Positions 7,412 to 16,216 of a stretch of DNA of 64,000 bases are shown here, one piece after another. Positions within the stretch are counted from its first letter, which is position 1; each line of letters begins with the position of its first letter. Position numbers and translations under genes: made by a program. Source of the stretch: Christensenellales bacterium (GTDB lineage Bacteria > Bacillota > Clostridia > Christensenellales > Aristaeellaceae); the NCBI GenBank assembly GCA_040766135.1, contig JAXGRA010000012.1, forward strand, positions 9,744 through 73,743, written 5' to 3'. The notes below the pieces were generated by a model. The model was given only the letters and a program-made list of their open reading frames with translations. It searched no databases and was not told where the DNA came from.

Positions 7412-9328
7412 GTTCCAGTGCCCCTCCAGCGCCTGGCTGTCGTTCTCAGCCACCAGGCCTTCCATCACCTCGTCCTGCATCAGGCCGTTGATGGTCTTGC
7501 CGGAGCGGGTGCGCAGCGATACCGTGCCGTTTTCAGCTTCCTGGTCGCCCAGCACCAGCATGTAGGGAATTTTCAGCATCTGCGCCTCGCGCACCTTGAA
7601 GCCGATCTTTTCATTGCGCAGGTCGGTCTCGACACGCAGGCCGGCAGCGGTCAGTTTTTGCTTGAGAGAGCGCGCGGCGTCATCGGCGCGGTCGGTGATC
7701 GTCAGGATCTTGGCCTGCACCGGCGCCAGCCACAGCGGGAACGCACCAGCAAAGTGCTCCACCAGCACCGCGATGAAGCGGTCAATGGAGCCGTACACCA
7801 CGCGGTGAATCATCACCGGGCGATGCTTTTCGCCGTCCGGGCCAATATAGCTTAGGTCAAAGCGCTCGGGCAGGTTCATGTCCAGCTGGATGGTGCCGCA
7901 CTGCCAGGTGCGGCCTAAGCTGTCGCGCAGGTGGAAGTCAATCTTGGGGCCGTAGAACGCGCCGTCGCCCTCGTTGACCTGATAGGGCACGCCGATTTCA
8001 TCCAGCGCGCCGCGCAGGCCCTCGGTGGCCAATTCCCACATTTCATCGGTGCCGATGCTCTTTTCGGGGCGCGTGCTTAATTCCACCTTATAGCCCAGGC
8101 CAAACACCTTGTACACCTGATCGGTCAGGTTGAATACGCCGATAATTTCCTCTTTGATTTGCTCCGGCGTCATGAACAGGTGCGCATCGTCCTGGGTAAA
8201 ACACCGCACGCGCATCAGGCCGTGCAGTGTGCCGCTTTTTTCGTGCCGGTGCACCAGGCCCAGTTCGCCCATGCGCACGGGCAGGTCGCGGTACGACCAC
8301 ATGCGCCGCTTGAACGCCAGCATGCCGCCGGGGCAGTTCATGGGCTTGATGGCAAAGTCCTGATCGTCTATCCGGGTTGTATACATATTTTCGCGGTAGT
8401 TTTCCCAGTGGCCGCTTTTCTCCCACAGCTCACGGGACAGGATCATGGGTGTCTTGACCTCCTGATACCCGGCCTGCACGTGCACCTTGCGCCAGTAATC
8501 CTCCAGCACATTGCGCAGCACCATGCCTTTGGGATAGAAGAACGGGAAGCCCGGCCCCTCATCCAGCACGTCAAACAGATCCAACTCGCGTCCTAACTTG
8601 CGGTGGTCGCGCTTTTTGGCCTCTTCAATCATGGCCAGATATTCGTCCAAATCTTCCTTGTTGGTAAACGCCGTGCCATAGATGCGCTGCAGCATTTTGT
8701 TCTTTTCGCTGCCGCGCCAGTAGGCGCCCGCGATGCTCAGCAGCTTGAACGCCTTGATGCGCCCCGTGCTGGGCAGGTGGGGGCCTGCGCACAGATCGAC
8801 AAAATCATCGCCTTGCTTATAAAACGAGATCTCCTCGTCCTCAGGCAAGTCACGGATGAGCTCCACCTTGTAGGGTTCGCCGTGCTCCTCCATCAGGGCA
8901 ATGGCCTCGTCACGCGGCAGCGTGAAGCGCACCTCGCGCTCGTTTTTCTTGATGATGCGCTTCATTTCCTTTTCAATCGCATCCAAGGCTTCCGGTGTGA
9001 AGGGCTCCTCCACATCAAAGTCGTAGTAAAAGCCCGTGTCAATGGCCGGCCCGATGGCCAGCTTGGCGTTGGGGTACAGTTTTTTCACCGCAGCCGCCAG
9101 CACGTGAGAGGCCGTGTGCCGCAGCACATGGCGTGCATCATCATCTTCAAAGGTAATGAATGTCAGCTCCCCGTCCTCATGAATGGGCGCGGCCAGTTCG
9201 ATGACTTCGCCGTTCAGCTTGGCGGCCAGCGCGTTCTTTTTGATGTCCCCGTCCAGCCCTGCCAGGATGTCCAGCGCATTCTGTCCGTCCGGGTAGTTGC
9301 CCTTCTTGCCGTTGATAATCAGCTCCAT
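7409..9328 (-). CDS. thrS: threonine--tRNA ligase
   Basis: AGGAGG precedes ATG 9328 (MELIINGKKGNYPDG..., a TGS-like N-terminus). HVLRHTASHVLAAAVKKLYP, class II core and anticodon-binding domain; 639 aa. The track ORF extension to 9607 is the T-box leader. Confidence 0.95.
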   Translation of the reverse strand: MELIINGKKGNYPDGQNALDILAGLDGDIKKNALAAKLNGEVIELAAPIHEDGELTFITFEDDDARHVLRHTASHVLAAAVKKLYPNAKLAIGPAIDTGFYYDFDVEEPFTPEALDAIEKEMKRIIKKNEREVRFTLPRDEAIALMEEHGEPYKVELIRDLPEDEEISFYKQGDDFVDLCAGPHLPSTGRIKAFKLLSIAGAYWRGSEKNKMLQRIYGTAFTNKEDLDEYLAMIEEAKKRDHRKLGRELDLFDVLDEGPGFPFFYPKGMVLRNVLEDYWRKVHVQAGYQEVKTPMILSRELWEKSGHWENYRENMYTTRIDDQDFAIKPMNCPGGMLAFKRRMWSYRDLPVRMGELGLVHRHEKSGTLHGLMRVRCFTQDDAHLFMTPEQIKEEIIGVFNLTDQVYKVFGLGYKVELSTRPEKSIGTDEMWELATEGLRGALDEIGVPYQVNEGDGAFYGPKIDFHLRDSLGRTWQCGTIQLDMNLPERFDLSYIGPDGEKHRPVMIHRVVYGSIDRFIAVLVEHFAGAFPLWLAPVQAKILTITDRADDAARSLKQKLTAAGLRVETDLRNEKIGFKVREAQMLKIPYMLVLGDQEAENGTVSLRTRSGKTINGLMQDEVMEGLVAENDSQALEGHWN

Positions 9329-9334
9329 AATGCC

Positions 9335-9572
9335 TCCTGTATGCTTGTAAAAATCCATAAAAAATGCGCCCGTCCGCTGGGACGAATGCGCGCCATCCGT
9401 GGTTCCACCCTGTTTGCCCATATGGGCCACTTGTGCGGCGCTGTATCGCTCGCCCTGCGCTATCGTCCGGGGGTGGTATCGGCCTTCGTCCTTGCCCGGA
9501 TGCCCTTTCAGCCACGGGGCACCCTCTCTACAGGGGCGGTGCGAAGGGACGTGTCCCCCTTCTTCCGACAGT
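9335..9572 (-). promoter_or_regulatory. T-box leader (tRNA-sensing riboswitch) of thrS with intrinsic terminator
   Basis: Minus strand reads AAACAGGGTGGAACCACGGATGGCGCGC (T-box core, + coords 9391-9410). This is followed by the hairpin GCGCATTCGTCCCAGCGGACGGGCGC and AUUUUUU (9359-9394). ACC (Thr) codons lie in GAUACCACCCC (~9471-9480), a candidate specifier. Confidence 0.85.
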
Positions 9573-9578
9573 AAATAC

Positions 9579-9607
9579 AGTATAGGACGCTTGTTCGCTT
9601 CGGTCAA
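9579..9607 (-). promoter_or_regulatory. sigma-A-type promoter of the thrS leader
   Basis: Minus strand: TTGACC (9607-9602), 17-nt spacer, TATACT (9584-9579). Confidence 0.6.
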
Positions 9608-9663
9608 GCGGTGTTTTTGCTCAAATCATGAAACGGGTGCTCTAACCCCGTGTCCATTTATCT

Positions 9664-9999
9664 TTATTTTTTGACAACGCTGGATTTTAAATACAGCGTA
9701 CCAAAACCAGCCACTCTGCCTTGAATGTCATGTCCATTATAGGGCTCGTCCAGAATGCGAAGCGCCCGCACCTTGGTTCCCTGCTTGATGGTATCCTTGC
9801 CCAGCTTCAAATCCTGAGCAATGATTACATCGTCCCCATCCTCCAAAATATTGCCGTTTATATCCCTGGTAATCAAGGCTTCTTCAGCGGCAGCCTGCGC
9901 CATGGCATCCCAGGTATGGAAACACATGGGGCAAACAAACAGGTGGCCATCTTCGTAGGTTAAGTTTTCGTGACACTTGGGACATGCGGGTAAACCCAT
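9664..9999 (-). CDS. phnA: PhnA/YjdM-family zinc-ribbon protein
   Basis: GGGAGG RBS. 111 aa. N-terminal CPKC...CPMC zinc ribbon. C-terminal DLKLGKDTIKQGTKVRALRI...GFGTLYLKSSVVKK closely resembles E. coli PhnA/YjdM. Confidence 0.85.
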   Translation of the reverse strand: MGLPACPKCHENLTYEDGHLFVCPMCFHTWDAMAQAAAEEALITRDINGNILEDGDDVIIAQDLKLGKDTIKQGTKVRALRILDEPYNGHDIQGRVAGFGTLYLKSSVVKK

Positions 10000-10090
10000 T
10001 GAGTTTTCCTCCCTTTAGTTTATATGCTCAGTTACTATTATACATGATTTTGAAAAATATTCTTCTCACAGCCCGCTTACCTCCACACGC

Positions 10091-10129
10091 AAAGAACTAA
10101 CCTACACATATACGCAGGTTAGCTCTTTT
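10091..10129. terminator. hairpin terminator downstream of the nrfA-like gene
   Basis: GAACTAACCT-loop-AGGTTAGCTC (9/10 pairs) flanked by A/T runs. Lies between the nrfA-like stop (10166) and the phnA start. Confidence 0.5.
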
Positions 10130-10165
10130 AATTACAGGGAAATAAGGAAAAATAAGATTGGAATA

Positions 10166-11473
10166 TTACTTCAGCGTGCCCTTGTGCTCCTTAAACAGCG
10201 CCTCGGCTTTGTCGTAATATTCAAGAACCTGGTCATAGTTGTGGATGGAGGTAGTCCCCGGCACTGCGCCCTGGATATAGTCACCTTCTGTTTTCTTTGA
10301 ATAGGCCAGGTAGTAGTCCCCCCGGGAATAGGCATCCCTTGCGGCTTGGATTAGTTCCTCACTCAGGCCTGCATCCATGGCGGCAATGATAGCATCCCGC
10401 AGCTCTTTTTGCGTATCCCGTACCTGGAAGTAACGCTCGCTGGCGTCATTTTGCAGCTGCTTGGTATAGGCGATCAGGTCGTCTGTGGTTTTGATGGTCT
10501 CCGTGGTGTGGCAGGCCATGCACATGTTCATTGCCGCGCGGCTTTCAAAAACCGAGCCGGATGCATTGTGGCTTCTGTACTCGGTGCCGTCAGCAGCGAT
10601 TTCCACCGGCATATGGCAGTCCACACACGACAGCCCCAGTTTTTGATGGATGCTGCCCTGGTACATCTCCACATCCAGGTAAGAACCCGTCCCATAGGTT
10701 TTTATTCCGGTTTCCTCGTCAAACACAACCGCATCCAGAAGGGCATCATTGCTTTGGTTGGGGTTTTTGTTGGTGCATTCCACCAGCGCGTTGTAGATGC
10801 TGTCCAAGTCGTAGCCATACTTATGAACATCGTAAACGCCTTCCAGATCAGATGTGAGCACCTCCAAGCCCGTAAACACTGTATGGCACTGGGCACAGAC
10901 GGCTTCGCCCGGTGCAAATTTGGGAATATCGTCGGTAATCCTGCTGGAGTAAATGACATTGGTGGTCAGAACTTCCCCGGGCTTGTTGCCGTGGCACTGA
11001 TAGCACGACCAGAAATCCATCCCGGGATGCTTCGCCTTTACATCCGACCATTTGATGTTCAGCACATCATCGCCATAGGTTTCATAGGCCCATTGATAAC
11101 CGGAGGAATGGCAGGCCAGGCAGGCCACGGAAAAACTCTCCGGCGTATTGGGATAGGCTGCAAAAAATGTTTGCTCCAAGGTGGAGTGGCCATTTTGCGC
11201 AAAGATGCCGTACTTGTCGATATCCGCCTGGCTGGCTTCCCCACCCTTCCTGAACGATGCAACCACATGGGGATATACCTTTGACCAATCGTCAGCGTTC
11301 TTTACCTCTTCAAAGGTTGTCGCCCTTTCCTCCGGCGCAAACGTATGGGTAAGAGGCCGCGGGTTAGCCGCCAAAGGCAGTTCGGCCGTGTTTTCAGGGC
11401 CGATGACATAGGCTACGGAAAGCGCCACCACCCAACCCAGAATCAGGGTTAATCCGATAATCCTCTTCTTCAT
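10166..11473 (-). CDS. nrfA: pentaheme cytochrome c, NrfA-like (ammonia-forming nitrite reductase family), N-terminally membrane anchored
   Basis: GGAGG RBS. TM helix MKKRIIGLTLILGWVVALSVAYVIG. Five CxxCH motifs: CLACH, CYQCH, CAQCH, CVDCH(MP), CMACH, with spacing and CAQCH/C.DCHMP context as in NrfA. Heme 1 is CxxCH rather than CxxCK. Confidence 0.7.
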   Translation of the reverse strand: MKKRIIGLTLILGWVVALSVAYVIGPENTAELPLAANPRPLTHTFAPEERATTFEEVKNADDWSKVYPHVVASFRKGGEASQADIDKYGIFAQNGHSTLEQTFFAAYPNTPESFSVACLACHSSGYQWAYETYGDDVLNIKWSDVKAKHPGMDFWSCYQCHGNKPGEVLTTNVIYSSRITDDIPKFAPGEAVCAQCHTVFTGLEVLTSDLEGVYDVHKYGYDLDSIYNALVECTNKNPNQSNDALLDAVVFDEETGIKTYGTGSYLDVEMYQGSIHQKLGLSCVDCHMPVEIAADGTEYRSHNASGSVFESRAAMNMCMACHTTETIKTTDDLIAYTKQLQNDASERYFQVRDTQKELRDAIIAAMDAGLSEELIQAARDAYSRGDYYLAYSKKTEGDYIQGAVPGTTSIHNYDQVLEYYDKAEALFKEHKGTLK

Positions 11474-11801
11474 GTTTGATTAACCTCCGCTGTATCTTTG
11501 TTGACGCTATTGTACATATATTGGCTTTGTTGGACAAGGGCTGTTGCAAAGTCTATCAAAAGATAAAAAAAGAAGAGCCAGTTAAAAGTTGCGCGCTTTT
11601 TAGTACCTGAACAACCTGTGCTTCAATGCATCTAAGCCTTTGGGAATGATTGTATTAATGTACAGTCTAACTTTTTTACGATATATCAGTGGAATGGGCA
11701 AACGTCAGAAACTCATCAGAATTTTACCTTAATTATACCAAACCAGCACATAAAATTAGTATGCTATAATTGACATCAGAATAAAGAAAGGGGCTGTTTT
11801 T

Positions 11802-12818
11802 ATGAAAGAAAAACAACTGAATGCCAGGCCAGGGATGCCGGTTTTGTTGATATCGGTTGTGCTCTACCTTGTTGCTATCGGGTTTGTTATATTGGGCGCT
11901 GTTTTGCTGGATCAGGAAAAAGGCATTGGTGCCCTGCCCTTGGTGCTGGGTATCCTTTGGCTGATTGTCGGCTTTATTCCGTTTATAGGGTTGAAGGTGC
12001 TTAAGCCCAACGAAGCGCTGGTGCTGACCCTGTTTGGGCAATACACGGGCACCTTGCGGGAGCCGGGCTTCTTCTTTGTCCATCCGTTTTCGGTGGCCGT
12101 CAATCCCGCCGCCAAAACCAAGTTGGGGCAAAGCGGTGATGTAGGCGAGGGCAAACAAGGCATTGTTATCTCCAGCGATGGCGGAAAGATCGATGTGGAA
12201 TCCCTGGGCAAACGGGTTTCCCTCAAGGCTATGACGCTCAACAATGCCAAACAGAAGGTCAACGATTGCCTGGGCAACCCGGTGGAAATCGGCATCGCGG
12301 TTATCTGGCGCGTGGTGGACACCGCCAAGGCCGTGTTCAACGTGGACAACTACAAGGAATACCTGTCGCTGCAGTGCGACAGCGCACTGCGCAACATTGT
12401 GCGCATTTATCCCTATGATGTCGCCCCCAATGTGGATACCACCGGCGATGGCGAGCCGGACGAGGGCAGCCTGCGCGGCTCCAGCGAGGTGGTCGCCCAG
12501 CGTATCAAGGATGAAATCCAGGGCAAGGTAAACGATGCCGGGCTGGAGATTTTGGAAGCGCGCATTACCTATCTGGCCTATGCGCCGGAGATTGCCGCCG
12601 TGATGCTGCAGCGCCAGCAGGCCAGCGCCATTGTGGATGCCCGGAAGATGATTGTGGACGGCGCTGTGGGCATGGTGGAGATGGCGTTGGAAAAGCTTGC
12701 AAAAAACGAGACCGTGACCTTGGATGAGGAACGCAAGGCCGCCCTGGTATCCAATCTCCTGGTGGTGCTGTGCGGCAACCGCGATGCCCAGCCCGTAATC
12801 AACAGCGGAAGTATCTAA
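11802..12818 (+). CDS. SPFH/band-7 (stomatin/prohibitin-like) membrane protein
   Basis: AAAGGGG RBS. Two N-terminal TM helices, then [31 protein letters not shown] and ...[28 protein letters not shown], typical of SPFH domains. No NfeD partner is adjacent. Confidence 0.75.
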   Translation: MKEKQLNARPGMPVLLISVVLYLVAIGFVILGAVLLDQEKGIGALPLVLGILWLIVGFIPFIGLKVLKPNEALVLTLFGQYTGTLREPGFFFVHPFSVAVNPAAKTKLGQSGDVGEGKQGIVISSDGGKIDVESLGKRVSLKAMTLNNAKQKVNDCLGNPVEIGIAVIWRVVDTAKAVFNVDNYKEYLSLQCDSALRNIVRIYPYDVAPNVDTTGDGEPDEGSLRGSSEVVAQRIKDEIQGKVNDAGLEILEARITYLAYAPEIAAVMLQRQQASAIVDARKMIVDGAVGMVEMALEKLAKNETVTLDEERKAALVSNLLVVLCGNRDAQPVINSGSI

Positions 12819-12834
12819 CACCAATCGCTGATAA

Positions 12835-12898
12835 GGGGCTGTAACTGATTTTTGCTACAGCCCCTGTATGAATTATGAGGCCGCTTTCACAGCGGCCT
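12835..12898. terminator. two hairpins between the convergent SPFH and MFS genes
   Basis: GGGGCTGTA...TACAGCCCC (12835-12864) and AGGCCGCT ttcac AGCGGCCT (12878-12898). Confidence 0.5.
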
Positions 12899-12912
12899 TA
12901 AGTTATGTAGGT

Positions 12913-14085
12913 TTATACTGACTGCGGCTTCCCCAGCAGCCGGTGCGCCGCCCAGGCCGAGGCCAGCGAAACGCCTGCCATTACAAAGTACGATACCGAC
13001 AGCCCCGACCAGCGGATGAGATACCCCATCAGCACGGGGCCGATGGTCATGCCGATGCCGTACACGGCTTGGTACAGGCCCATGCCCGCACTGCGCTTTT
13101 CGGGCGCAATGGTGCGCACGCATTGCCCCAGCAGGATGGAGAACGTAAAGGAAAAGCCCACGCCTGCCAGACTTTGCACCGCAAACAGCTGCGTCATGTT
13201 GACCGCCAGCGGTGCCAATACGCAATAGAGCGCCTCCAATAAAAAGCCTAGCGTGATGATGCCGCGTGCACCGATGCGCTGAAACAGCCATTTGGTGGCC
13301 ACCAGATTGGCCAGCACCAGCGGCAGCATCAGCGCAATGTTGAGGAAACTCAGCTGCGCATCGGTAGCCTTCAGCTCCACGGCGAGGTTGACGGTAAACG
13401 TATAGAAGGTGCCAAAGGAAATGACCTGAATCAGCGCGCCCAGCAGCGAGGTAACCTGCAGGTTGCGATCCTGCGCCACCACTAAGAAATCCTTTATATC
13501 CATGGGCGTGCGCTTGCGCGGCACATCGCGGATAAACAAGCTCATCCCCAGCGACAGAACGGCGGTAACAAACCCCGCCCAGAACGCCGCGCGCACGGTG
13601 TACCACGTTACTAGCGCGCCCATGGCGACAAAGCACACCAGCCTGCCCAAATGGTTGGCGTTGCTTAGCTGCGAAATGCGGCGCGGGGCCTCGTCCACCG
13701 CAAAATAGCTGCCATACAGAACAGTGAACGACACCCAGGAGCCCGAACCAATACCCGCGATGCCGCGGAACACAAAAAAACCGGTGGGGTTATAAAACAG
13801 CAGCATACCGGCCGTGGACAGCACCGCCATCAGGCAGCCCATTACAATAAAAGGCTTTTGCCGGCCCATACGGTCGGCCCATATGCCGATAGGAATGCGC
13901 ACCACCAGCTGCGTCAAGCCGTATATGCCTGCCACCAGCCCCATAAAATCGGGTGAAGCCCCCATCAGCTTCATCTCCGGGTTCAGGTACGGCGCGCAGG
14001 TGTACTGCGAAAACCAGAACCACCCCGTCAGCACAAAAAGCAGCGCTGCCGATGTGCGGTATGGGTTGGGTTGTGACTGCTGCAT
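12913..14085 (-). CDS. MFS transporter
   Basis: AGGAGG RBS. 390 aa, about 12 hydrophobic segments. The loop GIWADRMGRQKP is a typical MFS signature. Confidence 0.8.
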   Translation of the reverse strand: MQQSQPNPYRTSAALLFVLTGWFWFSQYTCAPYLNPEMKLMGASPDFMGLVAGIYGLTQLVVRIPIGIWADRMGRQKPFIVMGCLMAVLSTAGMLLFYNPTGFFVFRGIAGIGSGSWVSFTVLYGSYFAVDEAPRRISQLSNANHLGRLVCFVAMGALVTWYTVRAAFWAGFVTAVLSLGMSLFIRDVPRKRTPMDIKDFLVVAQDRNLQVTSLLGALIQVISFGTFYTFTVNLAVELKATDAQLSFLNIALMLPLVLANLVATKWLFQRIGARGIITLGFLLEALYCVLAPLAVNMTQLFAVQSLAGVGFSFTFSILLGQCVRTIAPEKRSAGMGLYQAVYGIGMTIGPVLMGYLIRWSGLSVSYFVMAGVSLASAWAAHRLLGKPQSV

Positions 14086-14170
14086 GGCTATGCCTCCTGT
14101 TCCCGGCCATTAACGGCCGCACGGCACTCAGCATACGCCCAATTGCCGCAAAAAGCCAGCGTTGGTAAAA

Positions 14171-15049
14171 TCAGGGAGCAGGCTTGCGCGCGGATTTTCT
14201 GGTTGTCTTTTTAGCGTGCTTGGGAGGGATGGCCTCGCTGGGGTATGGCAAACCCACGCCACGGAATATCGCCAGGGCGATCAGCATATCCACCGCGCCC
14301 ATCAGCGCAGTGCGCGTAGCGATGGAGCAGAATTCCTCCGGTGCGTTGGCAGCCGCATACTGTATAATCACATCACACACCTGCTCAGCCTCGGGCGTTG
14401 TGCGCCGGAGCATGGCAATCACCCGCGCGCCATTTTGGCGCGCACGCGCCGCACCGGCCACCAGTTCCTTGTGCTGATCAATGTCGGACAATACCATCAG
14501 CACATCATCCTGTCCCAAAGAGGACATGCGCTTGAGCTGCTCCTCCACATCCGCAGATAAATAGGGGTTCATACCCGCGCGCCCCAGCCCGCGATGGGCT
14601 GCCCGCACCGCTATCATGCCGGAGCCCAGGCCGCACAGGTCGATGCGCGGCGCCTTTCTCAGCAGCTGCACAGCATCCTCCACATGGTTGCTGTCTACAT
14701 GCAATACAATATCTTCCAGCGCGGCAATTTCCCAGTACGCTACCGCCCTGCAGATGTCGTCCGCTGAGCTTTCAGGCGTCAGGGAGAAAAAATCCGGCCG
14801 GTTATCGTGCGCTGTGATGGCCTGCTCGGCGCTGAGCGTCGTCAAAAGCTCTTTATAGCCGCTAAAGCCCAGCTTTTTGCACAGGCGCACCACCGCCGGT
14901 TTGGACGTGTCGCAAGCCTTCGCAATATCCAGCATAGGCGTCCGCGGCAAATTGGCTGCATTATCGAAAAAATAATCTGCTAAGCGGCGTTCGGTCGGGG
15001 TAAGGGTAGCATACATCCCTTTCAAACAAAATAAAGTGTTGGTTTTCAT
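14171..15049 (-). CDS. MurR/RpiR-family transcriptional regulator (HTH + SIS domain)
   Basis: GGAGGG precedes ATG 15049. LTPTERRLADYFFDN...IAKACDTSKPAVVRLCKKLGFSGYKEL (HTH_6), then an SIS-like domain. Divergent from the ROK kinase gene. Confidence 0.85.
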   Translation of the reverse strand: MKTNTLFCLKGMYATLTPTERRLADYFFDNAANLPRTPMLDIAKACDTSKPAVVRLCKKLGFSGYKELLTTLSAEQAITAHDNRPDFFSLTPESSADDICRAVAYWEIAALEDIVLHVDSNHVEDAVQLLRKAPRIDLCGLGSGMIAVRAAHRGLGRAGMNPYLSADVEEQLKRMSSLGQDDVLMVLSDIDQHKELVAGAARARQNGARVIAMLRRTTPEAEQVCDVIIQYAAANAPEEFCSIATRTALMGAVDMLIALAIFRGVGLPYPSEAIPPKHAKKTTRKSARKPAP

Positions 15050-15241
15050 TGCAATCCCTCCGAAAAACGAATACAGTAACAAAGCTGTGCGTACAATCGT
15101 TCAACCATCTATGGTGTTGATATTAGTTTACTATATTTGTCCTACCTTGACAAGTATCTGGGGCTTCCGTAAACTTTTAGAACAGGAAGGAAACAAGCAG
15201 CTACCCGCATGGAGGGAGCACACGATCAGGAGGTATAACCA

Positions 15242-16183
15242 ATGAGCCATTCGCTGCGTCTTGGCATTGATCTGGGCGGCACCACAGCCAAGGTGGGTGT
15301 GGTGGATGAGCGTGCGCAGGTGCTGCACGCCATCAGCGTGCCCACGCCGATGGATTTTTCACAGGCTGCCGATGCCATGGCCGCCGCCGTGCATGAGGTT
15401 GCTGCGCTGTCGGGCTGCACGGTGCAGGATTTCCCCTTTGTCGGTGCCGGCGTGCCCAGCATGATCAACCCGCGCACCGGGCGCATGGTGTTTGCCAACA
15501 ACACGGGCTGGCATGACGCGCCCATGCGCGAAGCGCTGGAACAGCGCCTTGGCATCCCCGTGCATTTGGCCAACGACGCGGACTGCGCGCTGCTGGCCGA
15601 GGCGCAGGCCGGTGCCGCGCAGGGCGCTGACCATGCGCTGATGATCACGCTGGGCACCGGAGTGGGCAGCGCCATCATCCTCAACGGACACCTGTTTACC
15701 GGCGGCGATGGCATGGGCATGGAGGCCGGGCACCTGCCGCTGGTGGCAGGCGGCTACCCGTGCACCTGCGGCGCGCGCGGCTGCTTGGAGGCCTATGCCT
15801 CGGCTACGGGCCTGGCTGCCCTTGCGCGTGAGGAACTGCAACAGGTGCAACACAGCGCGCTGCACGCCCCGGATACCAAGCTCACCGGCCGCACCATCTT
15901 TGCGGCCGCCAACCAGGGGGATGCTGCTGCCATCCGCATCATTGACCGGTACTGCGCACTGCTGTCACAGGGCCTAGGCGGGCTGATCACGGTGTTCCGT
16001 CCGCAGGTGGTGGTCGTGGGCGGCGGTATCAGCCATGCCGGGGCACCGCTGTTTGACCGGCTGCATACACTGGTGCCGCAGTTTGTATTTGCAAACGCAC
16101 AAATCGGCACGCCGGATATCCGCCCCGCCGCGCTGGGCAACGAAGCCGGCATCGTCGGCGCGGCGTTCTTAGACCGCGCCTGA
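15242..16183 (+). CDS. ROK-family sugar kinase
   Basis: AGGAGG RBS. LGIDLGGTTAKVGVVD, and the zinc motif CTCGARGCLEAYAS is typical of ROK kinases. Confidence 0.85.
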   Translation: MSHSLRLGIDLGGTTAKVGVVDERAQVLHAISVPTPMDFSQAADAMAAAVHEVAALSGCTVQDFPFVGAGVPSMINPRTGRMVFANNTGWHDAPMREALEQRLGIPVHLANDADCALLAEAQAGAAQGADHALMITLGTGVGSAIILNGHLFTGGDGMGMEAGHLPLVAGGYPCTCGARGCLEAYASATGLAALAREELQQVQHSALHAPDTKLTGRTIFAAANQGDAAAIRIIDRYCALLSQGLGGLITVFRPQVVVVGGGISHAGAPLFDRLHTLVPQFVFANAQIGTPDIRPAALGNEAGIVGAAFLDRA

Positions 16184-16216
16184 ATACGCGCCTTTGCGCG
16201 AAAAGAAAGGATTATT

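Noticed and set aside
9329-9607. N-terminal 93-codon extension of the thrS ORF.
   Set aside because: The extension covers the T-box core, its terminator and the promoter. AGGAGG plus ATG 9328 gives a canonical 639-aa ThrRS.
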